Below are positions 26,273-40,705 of a stretch of DNA of 64,000 nt, in pieces; the first letter of the stretch is position 1, and each line of letters begins with the position of its first letter. Position numbers and translations under genes: made by a program. This DNA comes from Lytechinus pictus (Eukaryota), in contig NC_087246.1 of NCBI RefSeq assembly GCF_037042905.1, forward strand, positions 1,676,001-1,740,000. Direction: 5' to 3'. Under the pieces are notes generated by a model. That model saw only the letters and a list, made by a program, of their open reading frames with translations, did no database searches and was not told where the DNA came from.

Positions 26273-28837
26273 CAAAAAAAAACATTTCAGGCAAACTTTT
26301 AATTATAAATATGACAAGCCTTTCCGAGGTGTGTTATTCTACACTTTTGTATAATTGCATGCAGATATATATTTTGAAACTTCTAAAATGAATTATCAAC
26401 ATACCCAGGGTGAGAGTATTCTATTAACGATATTAAGAAAGTACACCAAAGCAATTAGTTGAAAAAGGAAAAGAAATGTCTCTATCAATATTCACTGTCA
26501 TCAATTATCATTTGAAATGACTTGTTTATGTATATGAACAACTTTCACTTTTTTAGAGTGATATATTTTTACATGGAGGCTTATTTCTTCGGGGTGAACA
26601 GATTGAAAACAAAAACCGATGAAGCTAAAACACTTAAAATGTAGATATCGGGCCTACATGTATATGTATTCATCTGATGTAGAATCTCAATTATTTATTG
26701 TTACTTCAATGTATATAATCTGAAAACTAGGATGCATAATTAGCATATACCTCAACAACAAGCTTAGGTTTACGCTAACCAGCAGAACTCTGGCATGTGT
26801 TATGGCGCTGGGCACTGATGCGGTTTACTGAAATCAAATCATGCAAGAATTCCTTCTCTCCTAGACTTTCATCTCACATCACATTTTTCATTGCAAGTTC
26901 ATTGTTTCTTAAGTGGAGTCGCCCACGTAGAAGAATAGGATGAAGAAAACAAGAATGGAGCTTTTGATGAATAGTTCTAGAATGAAATTGAAAGGCTTTT
27001 TTCTTTGAAAGATCAAGTTCAGAGTGATCAAGAAGGGTGTGTTGAGGCAGCAATAAGTTAGAATTCAATTTTGAAACAGTGGTCAAATTCATGAAGAAGA
27101 ATAGAGCAATATTGTAGGATTATATTTTACCATCAAATGATGTGGTCAACTAATGAGGAATTAATACCAAGGAGATATTTGGGGGGGGGGGTCCATTCAT
27201 ATCCATCCATTAACAAAAAAGAAGTCCCTAGTAACAAAAGTTACTGGGCATGGAACTGGGCATGGAAATTGATTTGACACACCTGATAACATTCATTCTC
27301 AAAATACTTTTACATTTATAAACATTAATATAAAAGACAACTTGATTTTTTGAGTGTTTATGGAAGCACCTTTGGAGAAATTGAATTCTTAGCAGATGCT
27401 AAGAATGTCCACCATTTTACTCATGGTAAGGAAGGATCCATCCATCTTACTCCCAGCTCGAAACTAAAAACATCACTCCTCCCTAGTCACATGACCGCTT
27501 TCCATTATTACGTTTTATTAATCGCGTCAGTGCTTCACAGCGTGTTAAGCAGACCACGGGTCAGTTAGCGCAAAGACAGATTGCATTTAACACCTTGCCT
27601 GCATACACTCTGCTATTCACACCTACTGTGCTAACTAAATCTTCAATCTTTTTATCTTATTATTTAGAAGTGATGAGGAATTAAACAAGGAAAATGTTGA
27701 TGCTATTCAAATTCAACATTTTGGTTTAAGTGTGTAGGCCCTTATTACTTTTCAATCATACTTGATTTTAATTTCAATCCTGTTCTTTTATTTTCCCACT
27801 TTTTTCTGACAAACCCAACAAGAATCTGTTGACATTAATGAATGAAAACTTGCCCGTAGCCCCATAATGCCCAATTTTGTAAAATACCCTTCATAACTAT
27901 TAAACTAACCAATAATACATTGTCTGCCCCAAACACTTTAAAACAAAGGATCAAATATTATTATTCTCTAAACCTCCCCAACTTTATGTATCTTAAATGC
28001 AAAGAGAGCCAAGAGATATTGAGAAAAATATGGTACATGTTTAAATAGTGGGCTGAATTTATGAAAGGTGCATTGATATCGGTCGAGAAATATTTATCAG
28101 AAATTTTATCTTGATTGAGACTGGTCTATTAAAAATCTTTGAACAGTGCTTTTTTTGTTCTCTAAAAGCAATTTTAGTTGACCTCTTTGATGCACTGACT
28201 ATCGCAAATGATCTCAGACCTATTTAGTTCTAAACTTGACCATGCATTATATTTGACCAATGACCTCAGGATTACAGGTGAGAAGATCAACATATCTCCC
28301 ATCAATCACACTACAGGTTATCTTGTTTGATTTTGAATAGTCGGTCATGGGTTTTAAGAATCACAGGTGGTAGAATGGTTGGTGGTCCTTTTCTGTATAA
28401 TGTAGATAAATTTATTCTTTTTAATAGAAGAAAAATACATTAATATCAAACATTTAACAAGGAGAAAATCAAAACACACCTTTGAAACTTTTGCATATCT
28501 ATATCACTTTCAATCTTTATATACTAATAATAGATATATTTATTGCTTTTTGCCTGATGATACCAAGGAGTTACTCCTTGATGATACAAAGTACAACTAT
28601 CATTACCTTGACTTTAATTTAAGCTACAGCTTCATCAGCAGCTTACCTGGGTTGAGTGCAGCACATTGTGAATAGATTTCTTGCTGAAGGATGTATCCTT
28701 ACTCCTTCAATCAATAATTCAATTTTCAAATGTACGTTTGACTAAATTAGATACAGATAAATCAACAAGTTATATGGGGCTCCCCCTCTTCCACATTGTT
28801 GTAAGATTCAATTACAATGATAATCTATAGACACGGG

Positions 28838-29304
28838 AGGTGGTTTCAGACCGCCTCGAAGTTCGTCAGTTCCAGGTATTCTCTGATCGGGAAATTTACC
28901 CCGATCAGAAAATACCAGGTATTTTGGTAATGTGAAAGCAAACTACGCGTAATTTCCCCGAAAGAAAATACCCGCTTAATAGTAGGTACTTGGCGAAATT
29001 ACGAGAACTTTCGCGGGGATTTTTCCAAGGTCGCAGGTACAGAAATGTGAAAGCAATTTACGGGAACTTTTAGCCCAGCGTGTCGTTGGGCTCGGGCGCC
29101 GTGGGTGGCTGCTGGGCTAGTGGTTTTGAATCTCGCGCCTTGCCTGCTTATTAGACCATACTGCGCATGCTCCTAACTTCAGGAATTTATCCCGAAGTTT
29201 TGGGGCGGTGTGAATGCAGGAATTATTAGTGGGTATTTTTTAGCCTAAAAATGTTCTCGTAATTTAACGGGGATTCTTGTGATTGAGGTGGTTTGAAACC
29301 ACCT
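28838..29304 (-). mobile_element. Non-autonomous DNA transposon, Harbinger-like (copy 2, inverted relative to 7932-8407)
   Basis: Reverse complement of 7932-8407 with few substitutions and small indels, and the same TIRs. Flanks are ggg/agg, so the TSD is imperfect. Confidence 0.85.
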
Positions 29305-30927
29305 AGGGTGTAATTTTATTCACGTAAGTTATGACATAGCCAGTGTTTTGAAATGCCTTTTACTATGGATTTTCCATGGATCCTACTAGAACTACACATG
29401 TAGTAGGATTCATGGGTTTTTTCTATACTGTATATTATATTTACAAATGTAAGGCAAAAAATTGAGTCTGCAGGCTAGACTAACCGATCTCACACCAGGC
29501 TATAGTAAAGTGCAATGACATGTTGGCATTCAAAAACAAACCCTGATTGGCTGTCTATGTGGAATCCTTGTGCACTGATCACCTGTGCTTAGATCACAGG
29601 TGGGGAAGTCCCTATGGGTGGGGGAAGTCCCCAAGGGTGGGGCATCTTACCAATAAGGCTACCAGGTGAGGATACAGAGTAAAAAGATGGGGTGTTGACG
29701 TTGATACATTAATGTAGTGGTGATATTATTGAGAAATAGAGTAGAAGAAGATAAATGTTCTTCAGAGTGGAAAATTCCTAGTGTTATATTAGTATTATTT
29801 TATTCATCTATTTAATTATTATTATTATTTTTTTTTTTGGGGGGGTAGATGTAGGGAGTTGAAGTATATATTAATATTTAATGATGAAATATAAAGAAAG
29901 AACAGCAGAAAGAAAATGAGAAAAATTAGATTATTATGAGACATCTACTGTAAATAGACAGTCATTTTGTATTGAGATGCTTATTTAGATGTAGAAACAA
30001 ATGACACAAAAAAGGTCCTGACTCCTGAGGAGATGGTAGGAGAAAGAGGGGGGGGGGGGGCATATCAGATTTCATAGATATTCAGTCATGACTGACAATC
30101 TCCTCAATCAAAGCTGACTGCCAACAGGTCTTTCCCAGATGTTTATTGGTTTCTATGGCGATGTTCCAATCCAAATTGTCACAGTATGCAGTGTCCCTGG
30201 TGTTCAAATATTAGCCAATTCTTGGCATTATGCACATATGTATCTTCCAGGCTTGATTGTTTATCCTTGTAAATATGTGTGCCCCATCAATTTTCTGTCT
30301 TGGTACTCACAGAGAGAGGGGGGGGGGGGTCATTCATGAATGCCCATGAATGCCCTCCAGTAAGGAAAATTAATGTGGGTATCAGACAATGTTCTGTAAA
30401 AATGTGCCACTGCATACTAGCAATTAATGATATCCACCGCTGTGGGTCTGTGACCTGTATTAAATATATGTTCTATTGTCCATTGTGCATATTATACAGT
30501 TATTATACATACACATGCATGGACTGGTTGAACTGGATCAATATAAAGTAGTCATTGTAGATAGTATATTATTCTTGCCATTTTTTCTAGAAATTAATAT
30601 AATATCCTACCAATGATAGTTTATCTTCTTGGGTTACAGAAGAAGAACTATCATAGATATGAAATTAAAAAATAATTAAAGATTATTTAGGTGAACTATA
30701 TCTGATGATGCATGAAGACATAAGAGTACTATAATTTAATTGAAATGTTTTGGTGTAATTTGATTAACAAATGAAATTTATTCATTGTAAAATTCTGCAT
30801 GATATTCACTGATTATTTTCAGTAAAGTTTAATTGAAATATTCTTATGGAATGTGTCGTTTATAATTTTGGGAGGATTTTTTTAAAGTCCATCTAACTTG
30901 ATTTCTTTTTTGTTCATTGTTTCACAG

Positions 30928-31293
30928 CTTGATACAAGTTCAGACATCACAGAACGAAGGAAGATCCGTGCGGCTCTACGTGAGCTTCGAACAAATAATA
31001 ATAACTCAGTGGTCAATCCTCACATCCGTACTCCTATCTCACCTTCCAAACTCTCACATCATCAATCGTTCAGAACAGAACGTAGGAGACGCCCTGAGAT
31101 TGATGATGTGACGAAGAAGCAAAGTCAGGATGATGACATCTTGTATCGATCTAGGAGGAGGAGAGAGATGGATGCTGGAAGAGGGCAAGGAGGTGGAGGA
31201 GGGGATGAAGGAGATGATGAAAATGAAGTGGTGGTTGATATTGAGATGAAGATAAAGGAAATCGGTAGTGATGAACAAAAATTAACAAAACTG
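30928..31293 (+). CDS. SMTN: Smoothelin-like gene, coding exon 2 (LDTSSDITERRKIRAALRELR…EIGSDEQKLTKL)
   Basis: Polypyrimidine acceptor ttcttttttgttcattgtttcacag|CTT, 366 nt = 122 codons, donor CTG|GTGAGG (phase 0-0). Completes smoothelin repeat 1 and starts repeat 2. Lies inside ORF 30898-31326. Confidence 0.9.
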
Positions 31294-34200
31294 GTGAGGA
31301 AATTTATCTTAATAACTATTCATTAATGGGACTCTCTGCCTGTAAACTCTCTCTAATAATCAAGGTTATAATAAAATCATGATATATTTTTTCAATTAAT
31401 TCTCAAGGTGTATTTATAATGAGTTAGTGACCAAAATGAGGTGCATCGTTTTGCACCTCAAGTTAAAAGGAAAAATTGAATATAAAAATATTTCACATGT
31501 CTGTGATGTTCATAAATAACACAGCACCACAAACAATTTCATTTTTGTTCTCTTTCCCTATGTTCAGGACTAGAATGCTGTGTGTCCTTAAAAATCCTAA
31601 AAACAACTCTTATGTGTCTCTCTCTTCAACATCCATGCAAGAAATATGAAATATATAGTTCCATATCACTATTTGTATAGAAATATGTTTTGTTGGAGCA
31701 TGGAGTTGGTAGTTTTTTATCTGCCTTGTTAGACCAGGATACAACGAAGAAGAAGAGTAAAGTAATATTTCTTTTGGATATTCATTGAAGCAGATAGGAT
31801 TTGATGTAGTCACTTGGGGTCTTCTACACCTAACACCTTGCCTGGTGGGTAATTCCTTGGTGTATACCTCTTACCAACCCCCTTCAGCTTTGATACAAAG
31901 ACCCTGTTCACATTGACTTACATGGACTGTTCCATTTGGGGACTGGTCTACCATGATTGTGAACGTGATCAATGAAGCAATCTTATTGGAAAACTTCTAT
32001 TGTGGAAAAAATAAAAATGTTTTCTGAGCAGTCAAGTGCTTGTCATGTTTTGTAGTAAGAATATTATAGTAATATTGTTCAATGCAAATGTGTCTTCTTA
32101 GATCCCCTTAAAATTCAAGCTATGATGGAAAAAGATGAAAGTTCCAGCCTAACAGTTTTGTGTAGTCCCATTCTTGCATTGCTGTGTGCAGTGCCTTTGG
32201 CTCTAAATCTTTGAACAATTATAATCAAATTTTTCTATCACTCTGTTGCAGTTTCTTCCATATTCTATCTGATGATCAAAACTGAAGTTATTGATTCTCT
32301 GAATCACTAAAACCATCCCTTAATGTGATTTTCATCGTTTTGCTTTGTAGACTAGTGTGAACAGAAACTGAGTGTGGACTTGTTCAGTCCCACATAGTTT
32401 GGTCTAGGAAATTGATTATGAATGGGGCAGAGAGAAACATGCATTCATTACAACAAATATTTGGTTCACTTCAATTACTATTTCATGCCTTGCACCTTAA
32501 AAGATGACTTTATTATTAAGCAGTGTATATAGAGAGAAGTGCCTGGGAATCTAGGTTACTAGGTTGTGATCGCCATGTGGATATAAAGGGAAAGAAAAAG
32601 ATATATGGTGTTCTCTATAATTATGTATGAAGTGATATTAAAAGGATTGTTGACCGGGATAGGGGATATGATAAAAAAAATCAATTAAATTCCGCTTAGA
32701 GTTACTCTTGCCAGAGAAGGTGTTCAGACACACACAAAAAAAAATAGGTCAGTGGTCTGGTGACTTTGTAACCAGGGTTCAATATATCCAAGTTGAGTTG
32801 GTCATGAACTTTGGTATTCTTTTAATTAGTCAAACATCCCCCTGAATGTCATTACATTCTTAAGTCTTCAGGGGATGGGGTGAGCTTGGGGTCAACAAAA
32901 TCTAAAATTAATTTTTAGACTTTATTAGTTTATAACTTCTACCAAAAGAAAAATAGCTATTACAATCTCTTGATTGTTGAAATTTTTTTTCCGTAAATCC
33001 TGTAAGACATAATTCACATATGCACCATTTGACATTGCATAAGCTTGTTCAATGGCAGCCAGTTGTAGCGATGTAATACCCAATAACTCTCTCGGAGGAA
33101 AAGAAATCTTAATTGATTGGCAAAGGGAGCCCTCAGTAGTCCACTCTATCCATCAATGGATGTACCGAGTGTCTAGGTGCCAATTGAAGATGTAATGAAT
33201 GGGTTTATGTCTGGTATATGACGTAGAGTATCATTTGTCTCCCTTCGCTGGTGAAGCGACTCATCCGTATTGTCTTGAATCACTTTATTTCCACATTTTG
33301 AAGAACTTGAGGAGGGGAATGAAATAGATATTGGAATATCAAATTCCCATTATATTATTATTTATAGTAAGTTTCCCAACTTCTTTGCTCTCTACAAACT
33401 TGGTTTCCATGGAATTAAAAGTGACTGGTCTCCCTATGTTCACCAAATGTTTTATGAGAGTGTTCATAATTGATGAAATTTGGACAAAAACTTTCTCTTT
33501 GTATAAAGCATTTGATGCAAGTTTATTGGTACTCTAAAATCATGACAGTGGATACTCCCATTATGAGAGTGGGGTTGCCTACATGTAGGTGTCAGATTTG
33601 TAAAAGCAAGTTTATAGAGTGGTATGCCTTGATTTTCATAATTAACTTAAATGATAACTTTAAAACATAGAAATACTTGTATGTACAGTGTTTTGACAAA
33701 ATCATTGCAAGAGTAGACAATTTTCCTTAGGTGCTTTCACATTATACCCAATCAAAAAAATTACAAGTACTTGATTTTTTTTGTATACATTCACACCCAC
33801 CTAAACCAGATAAATTTCCAGTAGTTATAAGCAAGCAACATGACTTTTAAAGATGAGAATTATTCTTCCCTCACATCAACAGTTCAAGTAATAAAAAGAA
33901 ATTCTGTGCACAACGGTTCTCACAATTTGGAAAGTATAGGCGAATATTTTATTTCAGGCACATGTATGTACCAGTAGGTCTACTGTGCTCTCGTACTCAT
34001 GAAATATCTGCAATTTTCTGATGTGGGCAGATTTCCTGATTGTTCCGGAATGTACACACGTAATAATGCTCCATTGCGAGGATCAGTCCTGCTTGGTCAT
34101 GGTGGGGGGGGGGGGTTATGTTGGGTCTCATGTTTAGAAACTCATTCAATTCAACGCTATGATAGCCAGCATGAATGGAATGATATTTTTCAATGTCCAG

Positions 34201-37200
34201 TAATGAAAAAACATGTCACACTGAGCTGTTTAATCCATGGAGGATAAGCAATTTCCTCCGTTGGCTTTCCGAGTCAAGGTGTGAAAACACTTCATCATCC
34301 TTTTAGAGGAAATAAAAGAAATACCTTACCACCTAGACAACAAACAGAGACATGGACAGCAATCTTTATGGTTGATTGAGACAGACCTAGCTCAATATCA
34401 TTAAACTAATTACCTAATAGAAGATAGGATTGTACTAATTGCCCAATTTGACGCATTTTAAGACTTGGTTATGGGTCTCTCAAGGGATTTTATTTAATGA
34501 GTATTGATGGGGTCGACCACTTTAAGTGTAGACATGTTTTTATAGAAAGCGAATTAGCTTTGTCATCAGTTGACACTTTGGAAGTAGAGGACATGCCCAC
34601 CTTTCTCTTTTTTGGCTTAGACCAGGAAAAAGGTGTTTAAAGTTTTAAGAATAATTCCATAAAGGACTCTTCTCATTATTCCCTCAATATTCATTCAACA
34701 ATACCATTGAATGAAAGAAGAAGAAGATACAATATCGTGTTTACTTAAGCTAATTAGGTGTTGGCCTCTTACAATTTCTTGGACATATTTCTCACCATAT
34801 GTTCCTAATCAGACACAGACAGGAAATGCTTCATCCATTGGTTTTAATGAGTGATGTGATTTTAGAACATGAATCGTCCTTCTGACTAAAAGTGAACCAC
34901 TTTGACATGCTTTCTCAGCTTTCCTGTCTGCCTGGGTCTGTCAACTCTGAGGGAGTCGTCTTTTTAAAAATTTGATATCAAAGTTATTTGGAAGATCGCA
35001 TAACTGAGCCCACGTAATACTGTCAGGGTACGGACACGCAGGAGTAATTAGCCAGGGTTTCATGAATCATTAGTCAGTGAGATTAAGTGAATCAAGAAAT
35101 GCTAAGACCTGACCAGCCCCCAGATCTCAAGGAGCCTATCAAAATACTTGGTGGAAAAAAACATGATTAGAAGGATCCATGATATTCTAACTCCAGATAA
35201 TATTCTTGTGGCCATTTGCTTCAACTTGATACTTTCTGTCAACAGAATGTCTCTGTTGGATATAATCAAACATTCTCCTTTTACAGAGGTTTGACCTTAA
35301 ACATGTAGCCCTGTAAGTCATATGGCCTCTCCCACACCTCTTTAAATTGCTTCACATTGATCAGACTTGAGCCAATGATTTGAACTTGCTCGAATTTCAG
35401 CTTGCTGGGAGCCTTCAAGGATAGCTGTGATACTTCTTAGACCAGAAAGTCCTCATGGAATTTAACTATCTATATCTTTGGTCTTTACTTCAGAGCCTTG
35501 AGATGACCATGGACTGTTGCTATTTCCTGCATCATAAGATTAATGCAGGCCAAATAGGGAATGTGATGTTTTCCAAAAGTTTTGGAAGGATCATAAGTCA
35601 TGGGAAAGACTCTATGTCATGGGAGACTTGATAAATGGTCTCTTTTTAGCTCAGTAAGATTTGTCACAGCCGGAACCAAGAAATGTTCCCATTTTGTTAT
35701 ATAGGAGTTGACCAGTCCAGGTCAATTGATCGTCATGTTATTCATGTTTCTGAGTGTATCTGATCTCTCTACCATTCTCCATCAGTCCTTGGTCATGTGA
35801 TCTATACCCCCAGTGATGTCAAGATCTTTCTGACTCCCAGCTACCATTACCTTCTGAACTTGACAGAATTGCCACTCTTACCAGCAGTGGATGATCTATC
35901 AGTCTACTGTAAGAGTGTTGTGTGACAGTGTTAGTATTCAACTATTCAACCATATCTGTTCTGATGTACTTCAGCAAAGAAAGTTTTGTTATACTGGATA
36001 TGATATTGATGACGAATCTGATGTCCAATGTCCTGGAACAACCACCCCTGATGCTGATTACAATACCAGGATTTCATTGTAGGATCCCCTGCTCCTGCTT
36101 TGTTGGAAACATCTCTTGCACTGTAAACAATTCCTTCCCACAAATTTCCTGGCCAATTATCGCTCCTGGAATCACTGTATTGGCCTATCTGATAGACAAC
36201 AAGACAGGTGTTACATGGACTTAACAGCGGAATCGTTTATCATTGTCTTAATCTTGACATGTTAATAGACAAAGTTGTCATCATTTGTCATCCTTCCCTG
36301 CAACGTTAATCTGTTCTCTGATTGTTTCATAATCCCAGTCTCCTAACTTAGCTACTGTGAGGGGTGTTACAGCTCATTAGAGATTGTTTAGTGATGATTG
36401 AAATTCTCCAACATTATCATTGTCATCTGTATTAATACATGTAATTGTTAATTGTCAAAGCCATTGTGAGAAGAAAAGGTAATCTCCCAGGGGAAGTTCT
36501 TTGATCATCTCGTCGAGACAGACCTCAAGATGTGCCTCTTGAATTTAAACCTGGATTTAAAGCAAAGAATGTGAGACGTACAATCAACTATATCAAGATT
36601 TCGTATCGAATTTGGTGAAATCTAGGATTATAAAGCTCAATCTGTGGAATTTGAAGAATCAAATCTTATTTACACCAAAACAATCTTCTTCCAGACATAT
36701 GAGTACAGGGATTGATTTACCAATACAGGAATAACTTTATCTTGCAGTTTCAACAGTGATGATTATATTTAGTTCTTCACAAATGTTCTACTTTTGACAA
36801 AACTTGATATCTTTGTCTCAGAAATACTTAAATCTCTTTTTAGAAGGATATAAAAAGCAATCTACAATTTTTGGGAATGTGAATTTGAGAAGTGGATTCA
36901 GATCATTTCACCGACCTTTATGTTAGAATCATTTTTTAGGCATTGACTTGTTGAATTATAAAACTATGATTGTCATTCCCAGAGAATTTGCATCAGTCTT
37001 TTTATCTATAAGAGGAATATCTAACAACCGTCTGACTGCAGAAGTTTAATATTTTTTGTGAAAGACTTACACCAGGGGCTTCTTAGAAAGGAGCATTTGT
37101 AGTTTGTGGAAGTGTGATTCAGAAATCTTTTCCAAGCGAGAAATTTAATTCTAATTTTTTGACGCAAATTACCTAAAGAATCACTTCAGCAATTGCTTTA

Positions 37201-37363
37201 AAACAGAACCTGCAATTCCAGTTTCTTGGAAGTTTTATTCAGTGGAGCAGAGTTTTGATTTTGTATTGTTTTGCTGAATACTAAAAAGATAGTCAAGATG
37301 AAGATGGAATCTCAACTTTCTGATAAACAATTCAACTTTAAATCCCTCTTGAATCATTGGCAG

Positions 37364-37445
37364 CTCTCGGAGACGAGGGACTTCAATGATCGCAGAAAAG
37401 TGAGGTCGGCGATCAGGGAGGTCAAAAGGAAGACAAGACAGCAAG
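37364..37445 (+). CDS. SMTN: Smoothelin-like gene, coding exon 3 (LSETRDFNDRRKVRSAIREVKRKTRQQ)
   Basis: Acceptor …tcattggcag|CTC, 82 nt, strong donor AAG|GTGAGT (phase 0-1). Carries the smoothelin signature (E/D)RRK(I/V)RSAIRE. Confidence 0.87.
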
Positions 37446-40307
37446 GTGAGTAATCATCATTTATTTAATATCAACTTCAACTAATTAATCTCGGTCAAAT
37501 TGAACAGTATATTTTGTGCAGTAAGCATGCCAATATAGATTTCAAACACCAGGTCAGATTAATCATATGTTCCAAAAAGCAGTAGAAAGATATCTGATTG
37601 CATTTTGTGGAACAACGTTTGTCTGATTACAGGTGATTATAAGTTCAATAATACACATGTTAGTTATTATTTACACTGTATGATATATCACTAATATGGC
37701 TTCAAACAGATGATTGGTTAGTATTATAAAGGAAGCAATTGATTTTAGTAACCAAAAAGACGACATAATGGGGGGATAAGAAACTGAACATTTATTTCAC
37801 TTGATGAGAATTGTCATTAATTAATCATCATAGAATTGGAGTGTTGACTCAAATATTAACAAAAATCAACTGTTTAAAAATGTTAAAAATTACTACTAAA
37901 AATGTTATAGTAAAACTTGATTGCATTATATTCCTTTTAAAGGCTGAAAATCAGTGATCGAAATTTACTTTCTTTTTATGAATGTCAATGTAACAATCAA
38001 ATCAATTAAGATTTTGTAAAGTTTTTTTTTATTATTTTCTTTTTACGTAACTTCCAAATAGCTTTTGATGCTTTCCCGGAAATCATTCTTTTAAAATTAC
38101 TCAAAAATTTGATTGTTATGAATTGATATAATAGAGAAGAAACTGTTTTAAAAAATTTGAAATTTCACATTTGCAATTTTTTATATGCTGCAAACTCTGC
38201 AAGATTGATTCAAGAGCTTCAGCAGGGTTTGAAAATCAAGTTATTTTTTAGTTTCCCAAATGCTAATTTGAGTAATTTAACTCAGTTTTAAGGTGTACAG
38301 GTAGAATAAACAGGAGCAAATTATGATATCATACAGAAGATATTCACATGGATGCTCCTTCCAAATTATTTTTCTTTGTTTTAAATTAATGGTGACATGT
38401 TTACACTAAAACGTAAAAGGAGATATGATTGCACCCTGCTGCTAGAGCACATTTTGGTTAAACCTTAGGAAAGAGCATTCTTTTTTTTCTAACCAATCAC
38501 CTGAGTTATGTGAAACCATTATGTTAGGACTTTTTTTTAAATCCCACAGACTTGAACTCATATTTTCTTGGGACTGCTGTATGTCCATTGCATTACAGTA
38601 CATAGACATTTTCTTGATAATGCAATCCACCTCTACCTGAATGAATATAAATTGAAGTCATTGGTTGGTTATTAGAAGAAGAGATTGGTAAAGGGCATGA
38701 CACCTAGTCCTAGATTATTGACAGGTGAGAGAGGAGTGAGAGAAAGATGAAAGTAAGAGAGAGAGAGAGAGGAGATTAAGAAGAGTGAGGAAGGGAGGAG
38801 GAAAAGAGGGAGTGGGAGGGTTAACCCTATATAGCTCCTGCTATTTTGTAATTACATACCGGGGGGGGGGGGGGGGGGGGGGGGGCTTTTTTAGCCCCCC
38901 TTCAGATTTCAGTCGTGGAAAATTGGCACACACATTTTTTTTTTCAAATTGATTGATTAAGCTAATTAATGTGTAAAATCATAGTTTGGCTGTAAATCCT
39001 TATTTATTGCTCCAAAATTGTTAAATTTTGGTCTGGATACTCTTTTTTTAGGATTTGTATCAAATTTATATTGAAAATAGCATTATCACTATTTCTTATT
39101 TTTTTAAATTTCTAATGTATATCTTTGTTTTTCAAACTCTATGAGGAGGGTTGGATGGGGAAACACAAAGTGGGGATTGGAGACTTCAAGTTACACTATC
39201 TACATGTAGGTGGCTATGTAAAAGTGATCACAGTTGTGAAGATAATATTTAAGCAGGCTTATTTCTTTTTAGAAAAAATAGAGGGTGAATAAAGAAAAAC
39301 CCAAACAAACAACAAAATATGGTCATAAGACCTAGTTCAATGTCTGCAATAATTCTCAGCTATAATTCTACTAATGTATTTGAATTTGGGTCTGTAGTTC
39401 AATGAAGGTATATAAATTCTTAATTATATCCTGTATTTTTATGACATGCTGGCTGTGAAATATATGGTTTTTCCGTAGTTTAATGGGATTAATTATTAAA
39501 AAGTGAGTCATTTTGTAGATATGTTTCCTGCTGTAAGGAGCGTAGACTTCGGGGCCCCATTTCTCTAAACTGGTCATAACTAAAACTGCTTGGACAACTC
39601 TTAGGAACGCATGCTATGAATAATATGCAAAATAAGATTTCTGTGAGCTTAGATTTATTTCAGGGTTTGTGAAATTGGCTACTTGTGTCCTTTTTTTTAC
39701 TCAGAGAAATATAATATTCTTAGGGTTAAACAGACTAACTTTAATACCTGTAATTAGCAATGGGAACTACATGTAGTAGATCAGAGCCCACATAAATGTT
39801 CAGTTGCTAGCACAACATTATCTAATTAACTATTATCGTGTACGAATAATTACACACATCCATTAAAATCATCTTATTATTTAGAATTCAAATTGCATAC
39901 TGTATGTGTTATTTTTTTCAGATTTTTTGTTACAGGTGTGTACAAAATTAGATCGGTGTGGCATACATGTACTTGATATAAGGTATAGCCTGACATATCA
40001 AATAACATCAGCTGAATCAGTGAAAACTTATCTGAGTTGGGAGTCTTTGCAATAATTGTTTAAGTATTTTTGTGAATATACCAATAACAGACATGCTCTT
40101 CATGCACAGAGGGTACAAAAAAAAGTGAACAAAAAAAATTATTTAGGTAAATTTCTAGGAGATTTTATAAAAACTTTAGACTTTTTAGGAAGAATTAGTT
40201 ATGAGACTGAGGAGAGAGAATGAGAGCCTTTCAAGTACATATACATGTCAGCCTTTTTTTAAAGGGTTAGATTTATTAAAAGCAACATAATACATGTATG
40301 CCTTAGA

Positions 40308-40705
40308 TTAAAGCTAAATGACAGTAGTTGCAGTAAAATACTGATTTCGTGAGACAGTCTGTAAAACCAAGGTTAAGTATTACTATATCATCGTGGATCT
40401 AGATCTGGTACAGTTACATAAACTGAACTTTGTGAAATCATAATATCTAAGCTAAAAAACGATCACACTGAAGATCGCCAACACAGATAGGCACACCTGG
40501 GACAGTGTATTATTATTGCTGGAATAAAGACGGAAGTGACAGAATCAGCCCTTATTTTGCTTATTTCTCAGCAATTACACAATTTCTTCCAGAATCCTTT
40601 GGCACATATTTTTTATTCATACAAACAGACACTTTGGTGATCATTGTATTAAATTCTGTAAAAAGTCATTTTGAGATTGTCCCCACAACTGGAATTTATC
40701 TTTAA
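40308..40705 (+). mobile_element. TTAA-flanked MITE (Kolobok-type), copy 2
   Basis: TTAA ends. Shares long blocks with 13487-13889, e.g. ggatctagatctggtacagttacataaactgaactttgtgaaa and tctcagcaattacacaatttcttccagaatcctttggcaca. Confidence 0.8.

Noticed and set aside
35891..36224. Overlapping 63-100-aa ORFs in the repeat-free block
   Set aside because: No recognisable homology or compatible splice sites. Better treated as possible uORFs of the candidate alternative leader.
38820..39135. TTAACCCT followed by poly-G as a piggyBac-like element
   Set aside because: No matching AGGGTTAA terminus at a consistent distance. At most a degraded fragment.
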